Shown piece after piece: positions 13,171 through 25,863 of a stretch of 64,000 nucleotides of DNA. Source of the DNA: Pseudogymnoascus verrucosus (lineage: Eukaryota). Below the pieces are notes generated by a model. It saw nothing but the letters and a program-made list of their open reading frames with translations. It was not told where the DNA came from and made no database searches. The first letter of the stretch is position 1. Every line of letters starts with the position of its first letter. A program made the position numbers and the translations under genes. The stretch lies in the NCBI GenBank assembly GCA_001662655.1, contig KV460209.1; one strand, written 5' to 3'.

Positions 13171-13942
13171 TTACCCAAGAACCTTCATCTTCTTCTTCTT
13201 CTTCCCGTCCGATGAGCTCTTCTTGCCCTGCTGAAAGTCCCTCCAACTCCCAATGCGCTGCTCCCTCGTCTTCTCCCAGTCCTGCTCATGTTCCCTCTTC
13301 CGTTTCCGCGCCTCAAGTTCCTCCTCCTCCTTCTTCTGTTCGCGTCCCTCCTCCTGCATCTGCGCCTTCACCTGTCGCCGTCTCCTATGCTCGTTGTCTA
13401 TCAACACCATCTTCGATTTTTCGCGCCATGACTTTGCGAATTCGTCGGATTTAACTTCCTCGGAATCAATTGTAAGCTCCCTCTCGCGCATAAGCAGCAT
13501 CCTCGCATCGGCAATAGCCTCATCCAGGCGCTCCCTGTGCTTCTCATCCGTCAATTCTGTCTGCGCTTTCTTCAAGCGATCGAAGGCATCGGGCGCTTGT
13601 GGATTCCGGGTTTTATCCGGATGGATGAGCAGCGATTTCGTTCTGTAGACCTTCTTGATGTCGGAATCGGGAACACCTGGTTGGAGGTCGAGCACAGCGT
13701 AGGCATCGAGGCGGAAGGCGCGTAGGATACGATCAATTTCAGCGTCCTGAGTAGAATAGTTAATATATATATATCACCGTAGAAGTACTACAAATAAGTT
13801 GACTTACCTTGATGAACTCCTTCTGCTCCGCTTCTAACGCATCAAAAGCAGCTTCATCATCTTCGATTTTCTCTACTTTGGGCGCCTCTTCAGTCTTTCC
13901 AGACGACGCCGGCTTCTCCTTTGCCCAGCCTTCTTCTGCCAT
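13171..13942 (-). CDS. spf31: J-domain protein Spf31/DNAJC8
   Basis: Two exons: EFIK/DAEIDRILRAFRLDAYAVL, HPD motif (LIHPDK), C-terminal WEKTREQRIGSWRDF. Confidence 0.88.
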
Positions 13943-14156
13943 GGCTGTAAAGACAGTGCCGAATTAAGACCCCTCGTGGAATTGCGTTTTATTTCAGTGC
14001 ACTGTTGAGGTTGTGGTTGCCATCCGTGGAGTCAGGCTGTCATCGATAAGATTGGGTAGGCGCAAGGCTGAGGCGATCCTTCAAAATGCGCTTGCTTGCC
14101 ACTGCCATGACTGATCCGGTACCCCACCGACACTAGCAGACCACTTTACACGCTCG

Positions 14157-14204
14157 ACGCGTCCACCCCGACGACGAACAAAACACATCGAAGACTTTAC
14201 GCGT
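14157..14204. promoter_or_regulatory. Two MCB (ACGCGT) boxes just upstream of RPA2
   Basis: ACGCGT at 14157-14162 and 14199-14204. MBF control of RPA genes is established in ascomycete yeasts. Confidence 0.55.
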
Positions 14205-14225
14205 CAAAACACCCAAAACGCAACG

Positions 14226-15214
14226 ATGGGTAAGAAAACAGAGATTGTATAACTGTTAGACTTGTTTTACTAATTTAACTTTACAGCAACCTCGTACGGC
14301 TACGGCGGCTCCTACACTACAACCTCATATGGCGCTCAAGGAGGGGCAGAAGGAGGCGGGTTTATGGGTGGTGGCTCCCAGGCTGGAAGCCAAGATACTC
14401 CAGGAGGATCAAAGGTGCGAGCAAACGTCGAACTTTAGCAGGGCCAAAAGCCTCCTACCAAAGCTTCCTACTAACAATCCTTCAGACATACGGCAAAGAC
14501 ACTCTCCGACCTGTAACAATCAAACAAATAATCGACGCTCAACAGCCCCACCCCGACGCAGAATTCAAAGTCGATGGCCATGAGATGACCCAGATCACCT
14601 TCGTCGGCCAAGTACGCGCGATCTCCGTTCAAGCCACAAACCAGACCTTCAAGCTCGACGATGGCACCGGCCTCATCGAAGTCAAGGTCTGGCTGGACGT
14701 CGATGCCGGCCCTTCGCCCACCATCTCCTCCATCAAGGAAAACACGTACGTGCGCGTCCTCGGACGCCTCAAGGCCTTCAACAACAAGAAGCACGTCGCG
14801 GCACACGTTGTCCGCCCCGTCACAGACTTCAACGAGATTAACGCCCACCTTCTCGAGGCGACGTACGTACACTTGTACTTCTCGCGCGGACCGCCCGAGT
14901 CGCTCCAGGCGGGTGGTGGTGCGGATGGGGGAGCTGGCGGTGGGCTGTTTGTCGATCAAGGGGATGGGGCTGGCCGTGCGGCGCCGGCGGCGCCTGGAGG
15001 CAGGCAATTGCCGCAGTTGAGCGCTGTAGCGAAGAAGGTGTTTAACCTGCTCAGCACGGCACCACAGAATAACGAGGGCCTGAACGTGCAGTATATCAGC
15101 GCGAACCTTGGCTTGCCTATGAACGAGGTGTTCAAGGCTGGAGATGAGCTGCTGGGGTTGAACATTATTTACCCCACTATGGATGACGAGACGTGGATGG
15201 TTATGGAGTATTAG
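14226..15214 (+). CDS. RFA2: Replication protein A 32 kDa subunit
   Basis: ATG-G micro first exon, GGFM N-terminus, TLRPVTIKQI, OB fold FKLDDGTGLIEV..YVRVLGRLKAF, winged-helix C-terminus IYPTMDDETW. Confidence 0.93.
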
Positions 15215-15599
15215 ACGGAAGTGTTATGTGGCAATGGAAGGGCAAGGCTCATGGCTATGTTTTGGGCGGTGGGGAAGTGGCTAATGGCGTTTCTGGATGA
15301 TGAAATACTGTTAAGTGTGTCGTGTGCAAATATCACCGTTACCTTCTCATGAATGAGCGGCGTGTATCTAGATTACACTAAGTATGAGCAAAATGCAACG
15401 AGCGGAGCTCGACGAGCTAAATCAAATACAAATCCCCAAAAACACAATTTTTTTTAATCTCATCCAAGGCCGCGCATCCATTCTAGGCCTAATTTATTTT
15501 CTTCTTTCTGCCAATATTGAGTCATTACACAATCTAGTTACTCATTTTGGCAACACTATACCCTTTTTCAGGGTATTTCGGTGTTATCATGCCCTCCAA

Positions 15600-16487
15600 C
15601 TAGACAACAAGCTCCACAATCTTGACGCTGCATTTCTGCTTCGGCGTTGGCTGTGAGACTCCAGAATTAGTCTTGGGCTCTCGGACCATGATACTCAGCG
15701 AAACCGGTTTCTCATCCCGCTGCAGGTGAACTTCTTTGATGTATTGGAAGCCGAATTTCTCGTAGTACGGCACATTGACTGCTGCAGTGCTTTCCAAGTA
15801 CGTCGGTGCGCCCTCAGCATCCGCCTATTAGAGGTTAACGCCAGGCAGCGTGACAAGTGGGCAACGGGAAAAGGAATATCCTACCATTGCCAAGCCGTGC
15901 TCAATCAGCTTCCTAGCATATCCCTTCCCGCGCGCAGAAGGTTTCGTGCCTATGTAGTCAAGGTAGTAGCTCTTACCGTCCCGCTCTCCCAGCACCCTCT
16001 GTTTGGTATAATGGAGGAGAGGGAGGAATTCCGAGTAGAAACGGGCTTTTCCCTCACGGGAAAGCAAGAAGAAGAGACGCCACGTACCGCTGCGGAGGAT
16101 GGTCCACCAATCGTCTATGCCCTTTCCAGGAGGAAGCCTGTGGAACATCAGTCAGGTGCGAGTAGCCGGCGGAAGTGAGATAGTGTACCAAAGAGCCACA
16201 GCTTCGTAGTTCGGACCGATTGTGGTGACGAAGCCTCTATAGCAGTGAGCTGCGACCATGTAGCGCAGGATATCAGAATGAAGCTTCCACTTCCGTTCCT
16301 CGGAGTAATCTTTCGTGTCTTCGGCATCGACGAAATAGCGGCAAAGAGCATCGACCCCAAATGCTTTGGCGAGGCATTCTGCGGCGCCGACATACTCAGA
16401 TATGTCAATAACCCGGACTGTTTCATTATCCGGCGAAGTGCTACATTTCTGCTCAGTTATCGTGGAACTAGCTTTACTGCTCGTCAT
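15600..16487 (-). CDS. GNAT-family N-acetyltransferase (3 exons)
   Basis: AAECLAKAF, AVALW-LPPG across intron 16138-16188, acetyl-CoA motif YIGTKPSARGKGYARKL, YLES..NVPYYEKFGF. The start codon is the first in-frame ATG and is uncertain. Confidence 0.85.
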
Positions 16488-17914
16488 TTTCACAACGTTT
16501 GACAAATTGATATTGCGGTTCTATAGAGCCATGTTAATAATGGTGGGAGAGAATACCTTCAGGTTAAATATTTACTAATGGGTTTCTCTGTTTCCCGAGT
16601 TCCTTCTCCTGTATGTGGTTTAGAGAGTTGCGATCTCGATATCGATTCGTATCGAGATGGAAATCGCAAGCAATTGAGGCTTTGGCGTATATCAACCGAC
16701 ATCAATCTTAAGATTCTGATAAGACTTGGAGTCTGTTATTTGTAGGGCGTTATGAAGGCCTTGATGGACCGCCTCGTACAGTGATATGTTTGAGGTATGA
16801 TAAATTGTATTCCGAACTAAGGCGTAAACTCCCAGCCAGTTTCAAGTCACTCTCTGCGGTTTAATCTCAGATGAAGACTGTAATAAATACGTATATTATC
16901 AAAATATTTAGCTCTGATAAAAGTTCTAATCAACAAAAAAGTGTGATTGATTGCAGGGTGAATAGTGATAGATGTTGGAAAAGTGCGGTCGCCGACTTTA
17001 TATATGTATGCCTGTCTGTGTTTTCATGTGTATGCATCAACGAGGAAACAGCTAACCCATAGAAAAGACGTCAAATGAGGTGGTCACTCAAGGAGAGGGG
17101 CCATGAGACAGAGAGCGGTGAGAACTCACGTGGGGTTTGATTGCTTTTGAAGCACTGATAGTTGCTAGCCGGGCCAAGCGGCGATTTATCACCATGTACT
17201 ACAGGACTAACTATAGCAGAGGCCGATACGCTGTATTGCTGCACATACTTGCATATGCATCCAAATGAAAGAAATACAACGAAACTGAATTCTCGGAATG
17301 CGCCGGAATCTAGTATGGGCCGTTGTACTCTGGTGAGATACAGGCTGGGTTGTAGCCACAGCTTGAGCACTAACCACTTAGAATAGACGCTATTATTCTA
17401 TTTGGTTGCTTTGTGTGATGTGGAAAAAGCAAGTGGACAGTTTGAGCGACGCATATGGCTAACACCCGCAGGACGTAGCTGGAAAAACGGCTCTAACAAA
17501 AGGTCTGATGACAGCACGAAATCATACTCACTGAATGTGACACATAAGAGAGCCGAGATGTATTTGGCGTCGCCCACAGGATAAAACTGTTGAGTAACGT
17601 CGTTATCCACCAGGGTCATAACCATGGCCAATAGTCACGATGGCAAGCAAACGGTCCAAGACAATTTGTCGTGGCATGACTGTCACTGAAACTGGTCGGT
17701 ATTTCACAAAGCACAAGGCACAAGAACCTATAACTGCATCTCATAAGTAACGAGAGATCCAACCCATGATATGTGCAAGTACAATCAATTGCTCGGCGTA
17801 CTCAGCTGGGTATATGTTTCTTCTTCGTTAAACGTTAAACGACTGCGGAAATACCGTGAGCCGAGAACTGTGGTGATTTACCATCAGTTATCTATTAAAA
17901 TATGCAAAGCCCCT

Positions 17915-18793
17915 CTACATTCTTCGGATCTCGCTCTCGTTCTCAAACTTCTCCAGTCCTGCATCGAGATGAGCCCACCAATCAAATAGCAGCGACTCGC
18001 AGATAAGCTTGAACCATGGTGTGAAAACCAAGCTCGAGTCTTTGAACATAGCCTTAAGCTCGTCAGCAGTAACATACTTGACGTCGCGCACTTCGTTGGG
18101 GCTTGGGTTGAGGTCGACATCCGCCTTGATAAAGAGAATGTAGTCAACTAAAAAAGATCACCATTAGCCATGATTTTCCAGGGTCGGCATTGGACGACTG
18201 GACGTACTCTCGTGCTCGCCCCACTTTCCATCACCACAAGGCGCCTTATAGTGAATTCGGGTAAGGAAACGGAAATCGTCGAATGGAACCTGCTCGGGTT
18301 TGATTCCCAACTCGTGGTCCAGCTTGCGCCGAGCGGCATTCTTCACGCCAGACACGGCCTCGGCCAGCTCAGCGCCACCTTCCCCTGGAATACCCAGTGG
18401 GTGAGAGCAGCACGTGTTTGTCCACATATCTGGGAATGTGATCTTCTCTGTCGCACGCTGTTGGAGAAGCAGCCTGTTCTGGGAGTCGAAGAGGAATACC
18501 GAGAATGCGCGGTGAAGAAGACCCTTGTCGATGTTTGTCATTAAGTGACCTGGGCGATGTTTAGTACAAGCAACGTTGAGCGCGCAGAGCGTATACATAC
18601 AGATTTTCTTGCTGAAGTTTCCAATTGGCTTGTCGTTCTCGTCGAGGACGATGCAGACCTCGTCCATGAGGCGGATCTGCTCCTCATCGTGCCCCTCAAA
18701 TGCGGCGCTGGAGGTATCGATGTCAGGGAAGAGTCGGAGGATGTTGTCCGCCGTGATGGCCTCAACCTGGGTGGTAGAAGTCTCAGCAGCCAT
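17915..18793 (-). CDS. IDI1: Isopentenyl-diphosphate delta-isomerase (type 1)
   Basis: [30 protein letters not shown]; ends ...EIRRM*. Two introns. Confidence 0.97.
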
Positions 18794-19112
18794 TTTCAGT
18801 CGAGCTACAGCGTATCAATATCAAAAAGTGGCGTAAATGAATGCTTTGATGTTTTTTACAACCCCTCTTTCTAGTGTTGTGCCCAAGATTGAAACAACCT
18901 TGCTATTTCCTTGGGGAAATCGCACTAACGTATCTTAGTGGCCGTGCGTGACCCCTGCAATCGGAAAATAGCCTCCGTGCCCCGCCAACAGCCCTTGTAA
19001 CGAGGCTGTCAGAAGTCAAAATTTCCAAAACCTTACTCCGGCCTCAACCACCAACACACCGCGCCGCCTTTTATTATAAATACTAAGTACCTTACGTATT
19101 ATAATTAACATT

Positions 19113-21139
19113 ATGGGCAAATCCAATAAGAGGGCGAAGGTCAAGAACCACCCGAATCCGATCGCGAAACCAGTTAAACCGCCTACCGACCCAGAACTCG
19201 CAGCCGTTCGAGAGAAACAAATTCTCCCTGTCATTAATGACTTAAAAAGCCCCGAAGTGAGCAGGCGATCTGCTGCGGCGATTGCCATTGCAAACTTAAT
19301 CGAAGATACGAAATGCCGAAAGCTTCTGCTGAGGGAACAAGTGGTGGGAATCTTGCTCGAGCAAACCATAACAGATTCGTCTTTGGAATCCAAGAGTGCG
19401 GGATGGGGTATATTGAGGAACCTGGCGCTGGAAGAGGAGGCGGACTTTTCCATACATCTCTACAGACAAGACATCCTCACGCCTATCACTGCAATCATCC
19501 AAATGGTCAGTATTGTATGCAGTGCCTGCCCTTCAAGCTCTAGCTAACTCGGAGAAAGATAATCGAGACCATTGAATCAAAAGAGAACCCAATAGCCAAG
19601 CTCCCAAAAGCTCAACAATCTCTTCTCTGGACCTTAAGCAGTTCCGTAGTTGGCTTATTAACATCTCTGGGCGAGGCCCAAGAAGAGATAGTCGAGGCCA
19701 TTTCCAACCTACCAAGCATCCTCAACTTTTTGTTTGGCCTTCTTAACGTCCCTGCGGTCCCAGGAGAACTTTTCAGCGATATCTTAACTTGCATCTCCAC
19801 TCTGACGGAGGATAACAAAGTGCTTGCACAGCAGATTGTTGGGAACGAGTCTTGGCTCATGGGCCTTATGCAGCTCCGAGAATTGGCGGGTCCGAGGGCA
19901 GTACCTGCCTGCGCGGTTCTGCACAACATCTTCACATGCTTGGAGTGGTTTGACCACAACACTCCTATGGAAGGAGCATCGGATGCTATTTTAATCCCAA
20001 CTCTCGTCCAGTGCATGAGCCAGGTTCAAGGCGAAGACAACCTTTCAAACGGCTCCAGTCATCTCAACCCAGACCAAATCCTCCAGTTGGCATTGGAGAT
20101 CACAGCATCTATAGCTACGAGTCTTCAGGAAGCCCTAGAGCATGGTGCCAAACATGAGAAGGAGTTCGAGGGATTCGACGACAAAACGGATGGGGATGAT
20201 GAGACCATGGCCGACGATATCAATGACGACGCTTCAGATGACGAGGATGAAGATGAGCTTAATGAAGAGGACGAGGAGGAAGATGAGATGACAATAGCAG
20301 AGATAGCAGAAGATATGGATCGCGTAATCGGCGATGGATCGGATGACGAAGACGACTCGGAAGACGTCCCACCCACCCTCGATGCTCTCATCCGCGTCGC
20401 CTCTCCATTTCTTCTCAGGCTCGCTCAAACTGATAACGAGGCAGTTCAGAGCGGTGCCATTTCAGCCCTAAACAACATCGCATGGACAATTTCCAACGTT
20501 GACTTCTCGACTGCTTCGGGTCGCTTAAAGAAGTCTTGGGCTCCTCTTGCTCAGCAAATTTGGTCCGAGGTTGTGACCCCTGTGCTTGCTTCAAACACCG
20601 CCGATATCGAGCTTGCTTCCTCAATCACTAGCCTCGCTTGGGCTGTGGCACGGAGCGTCCAAGGGCAAGTCAAACTTTCGGGTGATGAGCACAGGAAGTT
20701 CATGGCGCTTTACCAAGCTTCCAAGGATATCCCTGCACCAACCGACACAGAGGGCGTGGATCCATTCCAAGGACTTGGTGTCAAATGCGTTGGTGTCCTT
20801 GGTCGCCTTGCGCTTGACCCAGCACCGCTAGCATTAAACCGCGATATTGGCGTGTTCTTGCTCACTGTCCTCAGTAGATTGCCTGAGACCCCTGCTGCAG
20901 ATGCAGTGGAGGCACTGAATGAGATCTTTGATATATACGCAGACAAGTCATATGCCTGCGATGAAGTATACCGGAATGATGGGTTCCATAGGCATCTAGA
21001 GGAGCTAAAAGTGAAGGTTACTAAGGCAGCGAAGGGGGTTGACAGGAGGAAAGACACGGAGCTCAGGTCGAGGGCTGATGAAGCAGGGTTGAATCTAACG
21101 AGGTTTCTGGCCTACAAAAAGAGGGAACAAAAGAATTAG
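19113..21139 (+). CDS. SYO1: Synchronized import protein 1 (ARM/HEAT import adaptor for L5/L11)
   Basis: N-terminus NPIAKPVKPPTDPELAAVREKQILPV, ARM repeats, acidic loop, C-terminus DIYAD...NLTRFLAYK. One intron near 19506-19558. Confidence 0.88.
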
Positions 21140-21667
21140 GTGTTGATACGGGATACTAGATATGAATTGACGTAGATATCACGATATAGATAGATCGGTG
21201 ACGGGATTACCGCAGAATGAAGACTTTTAAGACGCATGCTACAGACAGTCAGTGCTTAACAGTGCAAATAATCTATATATGACTGTGTACGTACTAAAAT
21301 ATTATTCAACATAGTTACAGATAGCCAAGACTCATTTTACATATCAATAAAATATATTTATTTTGAAAAAACAATTTGGGAATGCAATATAATTTTCTAC
21401 AACTATATAACGAACAAGCTATCGGGTGTAGCCAGTGAATTATGACCATTGTTTATAATTATTCCAGCGTAAGCTCTAAGACAAACCCGCTCGTTGTGGT
21501 GTTGACGTTCCGAATCAAGTTAGGCGTGTGGGCGGCTTCCACTCCACAAGGCTGAAAGGCTGTGACCAAACTCGACGCAGCCAGCAACAACTTCACAATT
21601 GGCAACTCGTTTTCTATACTTTGAAATACATATTAAATAAGGCTACTGTAAACAGTGTCTAAACCAA

Positions 21668-23196
21668 ATGTCATTGCCAGGCCTCGGGCTTCTAGCCGCC
21701 CAGGTGAGCATCCCATCCTCAATACTACACAGCAACTAACATTGTCCAGGCGGGCCCATCTTCAGTCCCAACCTCATCCACCACCGCCGCCCCAGTAGTA
21801 CACGATCTCGCCGCCAACTCCGAATGGCGATTTGAAGTAGAAATTGGCACCTCGATTGAAGTCAAGGTAGGCCTCTCCTCGTCCCAACCCCCTCCCATCA
21901 CCACTTCACATCACCTGACCACCTCTAGATCCTCTCCGGAAGCGCTGAGCTCTTCGGCACCGAGCTGGCCGTGAAGCACGCCTACACATTCAACGGCACC
22001 AAAGCCGCAATCTTCACGTACCATGGCTGCCGCATCGAGGTCACCGGCCAGTGCGAGGAGTACACCGCTGAGGAGTCGCCCATGACGCAATACGCCAACC
22101 TGCATTTTGCGCTGGAGAACCTGCGCCAGCCTGGACAGCCGGAGCCGCGCGTGCTGGTGGTTGGGCCGAACAATTCGGGGAAGACGAGTTTGGTGAAGTT
22201 GTTGACGGCTTATGCGACGCGGTCAGGGAAGCAGCCGATAGTGGTTAATACCGATCCTGGGGAGGGGATGCTGTCGATTCCGGGCAGCTTAACGGCGACG
22301 GCGATGAGTAGCGTCATTGATGTTGAGGAAGGCTGGGGTAGCAGTCCCACGAGCGGACCGAGTAGTGTGCCTGTCAAGCTACCACTTGTGTACTTCTACG
22401 GACTCAAGAGCCCAGAGGATGAGCCGAAGTTATATAAACCAGTGTGCACGCGACTCGCGCTCGCTGTGACGGAACGGTTGGCGGATGACGAGGCAGTCAA
22501 GAAGTCAGGGGTCATTATCGACACGCCCGGTGTGATCTCACAGGGGAAGAATGGCTACGATCTCATCTCACATATTGCATCGGAGTTCACAGGTATGCCC
22601 TACTTAGTAACCGTTGGACCTTAGCATACTAACATATTATAGTCAACGTGATCATCGTTCTCGGCTCGGAACGCCTTCACAGCGACATGCTCCGACGCTT
22701 CTCTAACGCAACCCCCACACCTATAACCGTAATCAAGCTCGACAAATCCGGTGGTTGCGCCGACCGCGATGACGCCTACATGTCCGCCTTCCGCCAATCC
22801 CAGATCCGCGAGTACTTCTTCGGCTCGATCAAGCGCACACTATCACCGCACACGCAAACCGTCGACTTCTCCGCCGTCACAGTGTACAAGGTTCACGAGC
22901 AGAGCGGTATGATGAGTAGCTTCCTACCTGGCGGTGAAGAGGAGGTCGAGAGTCCAATTTTCGATCGTGTGGAGCCGAGCAGTCAGATGCTGCATTGTGT
23001 TATGGCTGTTATGTATGCGGGGACGCATGATTCACTAGAGGTGATTAGGGATGCGAGTGTGATGGGTTTTGTGTACGTGGCGGAGGTGGATGATAAGAAG
23101 CGGCGGTTAAGGGTGTTGGCGCCGCTGAGTGGGAGGATTGGAGATAGGCCATTGGTATGGGGGAGCTGGCCAGAGGCGTCGGTTAGTTTGATATGA
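21668..23196 (+). CDS. CLP1: mRNA 3'-processing factor / polynucleotide kinase Clp1
   Basis: MSLPGLGL start, EWRFEV, AELFGTELA, P-loop GPNNSGKTS, IIDTPG, GFVYVAEVD. Three introns. Confidence 0.95.
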
Positions 23197-23404
23197 TGTA
23201 CAATGAAATGACATAGAATTTGAAAAGCGATTCACTGTGGCAATGCTCTCGGAATAACAGTTCAAGTGTAGCATGTATTTTGTTTTCTATGGGTATCTCG
23301 GACGCCGAGAAATGCAGGTAAAAAATGACCCCTTTCTAATATCTCATTATGACTCCAAACTCTCATCTTTGTGCCACCATCCCCCATCCCCCATCCCCCA
23401 TCCC

Positions 23405-24382
23405 CTACTCATTTTCAACCAGCTTCGCTCTACTCAACCTTGCCTCATCCCGCGGTGCACTGATAGTATCCAAATACGTCGCGTCATCTATCCCCGACTC
23501 CAGCTTGGGCAAGTTCTCTGTATCCTGCGCGAACAGCTCCTCGAACATCTCCCACGCCGCGTCGCTATTATCATCAATATACCGCATCTTCTGCCACTTC
23601 TCCTCCTGTGCATTCTTGATTCGCTCCGCCATGCTATCCTGCCCATCCTCCTCCCCCTCTCCTGTAGTCTTAACAGTCATATGAATTGCCCTTGCGCCCG
23701 CACCCGCCGGCCCCGCCTCCGCCCTCGGGCGCGCCAACCTGTCCAGCTCGGCCGTCGCGTCGATGTGGTGGAACTGCGGGCGCATCTGCACGATCTCATT
23801 GACGGGACTCAAATGCAATTGGCCCTTCCTGAAAGCTCCAATAAAGTAGTTCGGGCTCGCGCTCTCCTTCGGCACCACCTGTCCTCCCAGCGTCTGTTTC
23901 GTCAGGACCCGTTGACGCGTTATGCCCCCCGAGAAGTCATCGAGGATCTCTTGTTGGACTGCTAGTGTGTCTTCTTGGACTTGCCTCCCTCGTCCTGGGC
24001 CGGGTGCCACACCACCGATACCGAAGCCACCAGCTAGACCGTGGCTTCCGCCCTGTCCTCCCGCGGTGCCGGTATTAGATTTCGCAGCGTTGGATTTGCG
24101 CATTGCCTCTCCCCACTGCACGCCCTTGGTGCGGTCGTAGTTTGTCCATGGGTCGAGTGGGACGTCGAGCTCAACGAGGCCAGCTTTGGGCTTTAAGCGG
24201 AGTTCGATGGGTAGCGAGGCGTTTGTCGAGGAGTAGTCTTCTCTGGAGGGGCGGTTGGGGAATTGGAGAATGTAGAGCTGGCGGCCGTCTTCCCATTGCG
24301 GTTTGATGTAGACATCGTACGAGGCTTGTATGGGGTCATCCTCATTGTCGTCAATCACTGTGTTGCGTTCAGTCGAGCCCAT
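23405..24382 (-). CDS. RPC5: RNA polymerase III subunit Rpc5/C37 (Sin-like)
   Basis: DDPIQASYDVY, LYILQFPNRP, YFIGAFRKGQLHLSPVNEIVQMRPQFHHID. Single ORF. Confidence 0.9.
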   Translation of the reverse strand: MGSTERNTVIDDNEDDPIQASYDVYIKPQWEDGRQLYILQFPNRPSREDYSSTNASLPIELRLKPKAGLVELDVPLDPWTNYDRTKGVQWGEAMRKSNAAKSNTGTAGGQGGSHGLAGGFGIGGVAPGPGRGRQVQEDTLAVQQEILDDFSGGITRQRVLTKQTLGGQVVPKESASPNYFIGAFRKGQLHLSPVNEIVQMRPQFHHIDATAELDRLARPRAEAGPAGAGARAIHMTVKTTGEGEEDGQDSMAERIKNAQEEKWQKMRYIDDNSDAAWEMFEELFAQDTENLPKLESGIDDATYLDTISAPRDEARLSRAKLVENE

Positions 24383-24771
24383 TTTGCTATTTGATCTGCA
24401 GGAATAGATCTATATAGACGTTGATGGAGTTGACCAAGTCATAACATTCACAGCAATGAGGGGAGTTTTATGTCGGCGAAAATGTATCAATCGCCGATGG
24501 GCTTATCGATAAGCTGGCTAAACTCCACTATGGCCTTCTTCTTCAGGTATAGCGGGGCTTACGACGACAGAAATGACGCAGCAAGCGAGCGAGGGAAAGG
24601 TCGGGGTCCAACCACTACGTCTGCCCGGTTGACAGGCAACCATACAATCGACCAAACATCCTATACTGTGGTCTTTCACCTCCATCCTCATCACTGCATC
24701 TTCAACGTCGAACACCACAGGGTTCAGAAAGACAATTATATACCAGCCGGACACCCAGCAAAACCTCAGAA

Positions 24772-25294
24772 ATGTGCAACTCCGACCTCTTCCTCGCCTT
24801 CATCGCCATCCTCTTCCCTCCTCTCCCAGGTACGCCTCTCTCCCCCGATACACCCACTGCTCCACAAACACAGCTAACCTCCCTCTCTAGTCTGGGTCAA
24901 GACCGGCCTCTGCTCCGCCGACTCCCTCATCAACATCCTGCTCTGCATGCTCGGCTTCCTCCCCGGCCTCCTCCACGCCTGGTACATCATCGCCAAGAAC
25001 CCTGAGCTCGAATCCTACGACGCACTTCCCCAGGACGCCGAGGCCGGCAGCCGCGTCACCTACATCTACGTGCAGACCGATGGTTCCGCATCGCGACAAC
25101 AGCAACAGCGCCAGCCGCAGGGCTACGGGACCGTGAAGCCGATGGGTGCGCCGCAGTTGCAGCAGCATCAGAATGGGACGTGGGGACAGGGTAGCCAGCC
25201 AGAAGAGGGCGAGGGAAGCCACCCGGCACCGCCGACGTATGCGCAGGCTGTGACAGGAGCGACGGGGGATCACAAGGTGCAGACGCACGATTAG
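24772..25294 (+). CDS. Pmp3/Sna-family proteolipid with C-terminal PY motif
   Basis: DLFLAFIAILFPPLP/VWVKTGLCSADSLINILLCMLGFLPGLLHAWYII across one intron; PPTY near the C-terminus. Confidence 0.88.
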
Positions 25295-25863
25295 GTGGGT
25301 GCTGACGACTGTGATTTATGCGGCGAAGAGTGGGTAGGGATTGGGTTTTAATTTTCTTTGTTGGCCGCGTTGCGTTCGGTCTACAGAGCATGGGAGAATG
25401 GCGTACTTGATTGTTTTCTTGTTGGAATATGAGGGGTCTATATGGGCACTGGCGGTTGACTGCGATGGCTGGTTGCCAGAACACCACTCTTTGCATGAAT
25501 CGTATGATTGCTTCGTGCGTCACGGCTTTGGACGAGTTTGCAGGTCGTGCTTCGTGAGAGACATTAGCTTTAGTTAAATTCTTATGGCATACATCCACGC
25601 CTTTAAATCAGATGAGCTTCTGGAAGGACATAGGCACTGTCACAGTCACTACGGATAGGGCCATCTGACAATTCGGTCTAGTACTGCTACATTTGACCTT
25701 TTCTTGACCCTCTGATGATTTTTATTATCTTTCTAAGCTTGCTTTGTAGGTGAAGTCTACATAATCTAGAACCCTGGCTTTTATATCCACACCTTCCTTC
25801 GACTGCCATCCAGTAACCCGTTCAATCGTATAATGTCCCTACCAAACGCCAATAGTAGACATG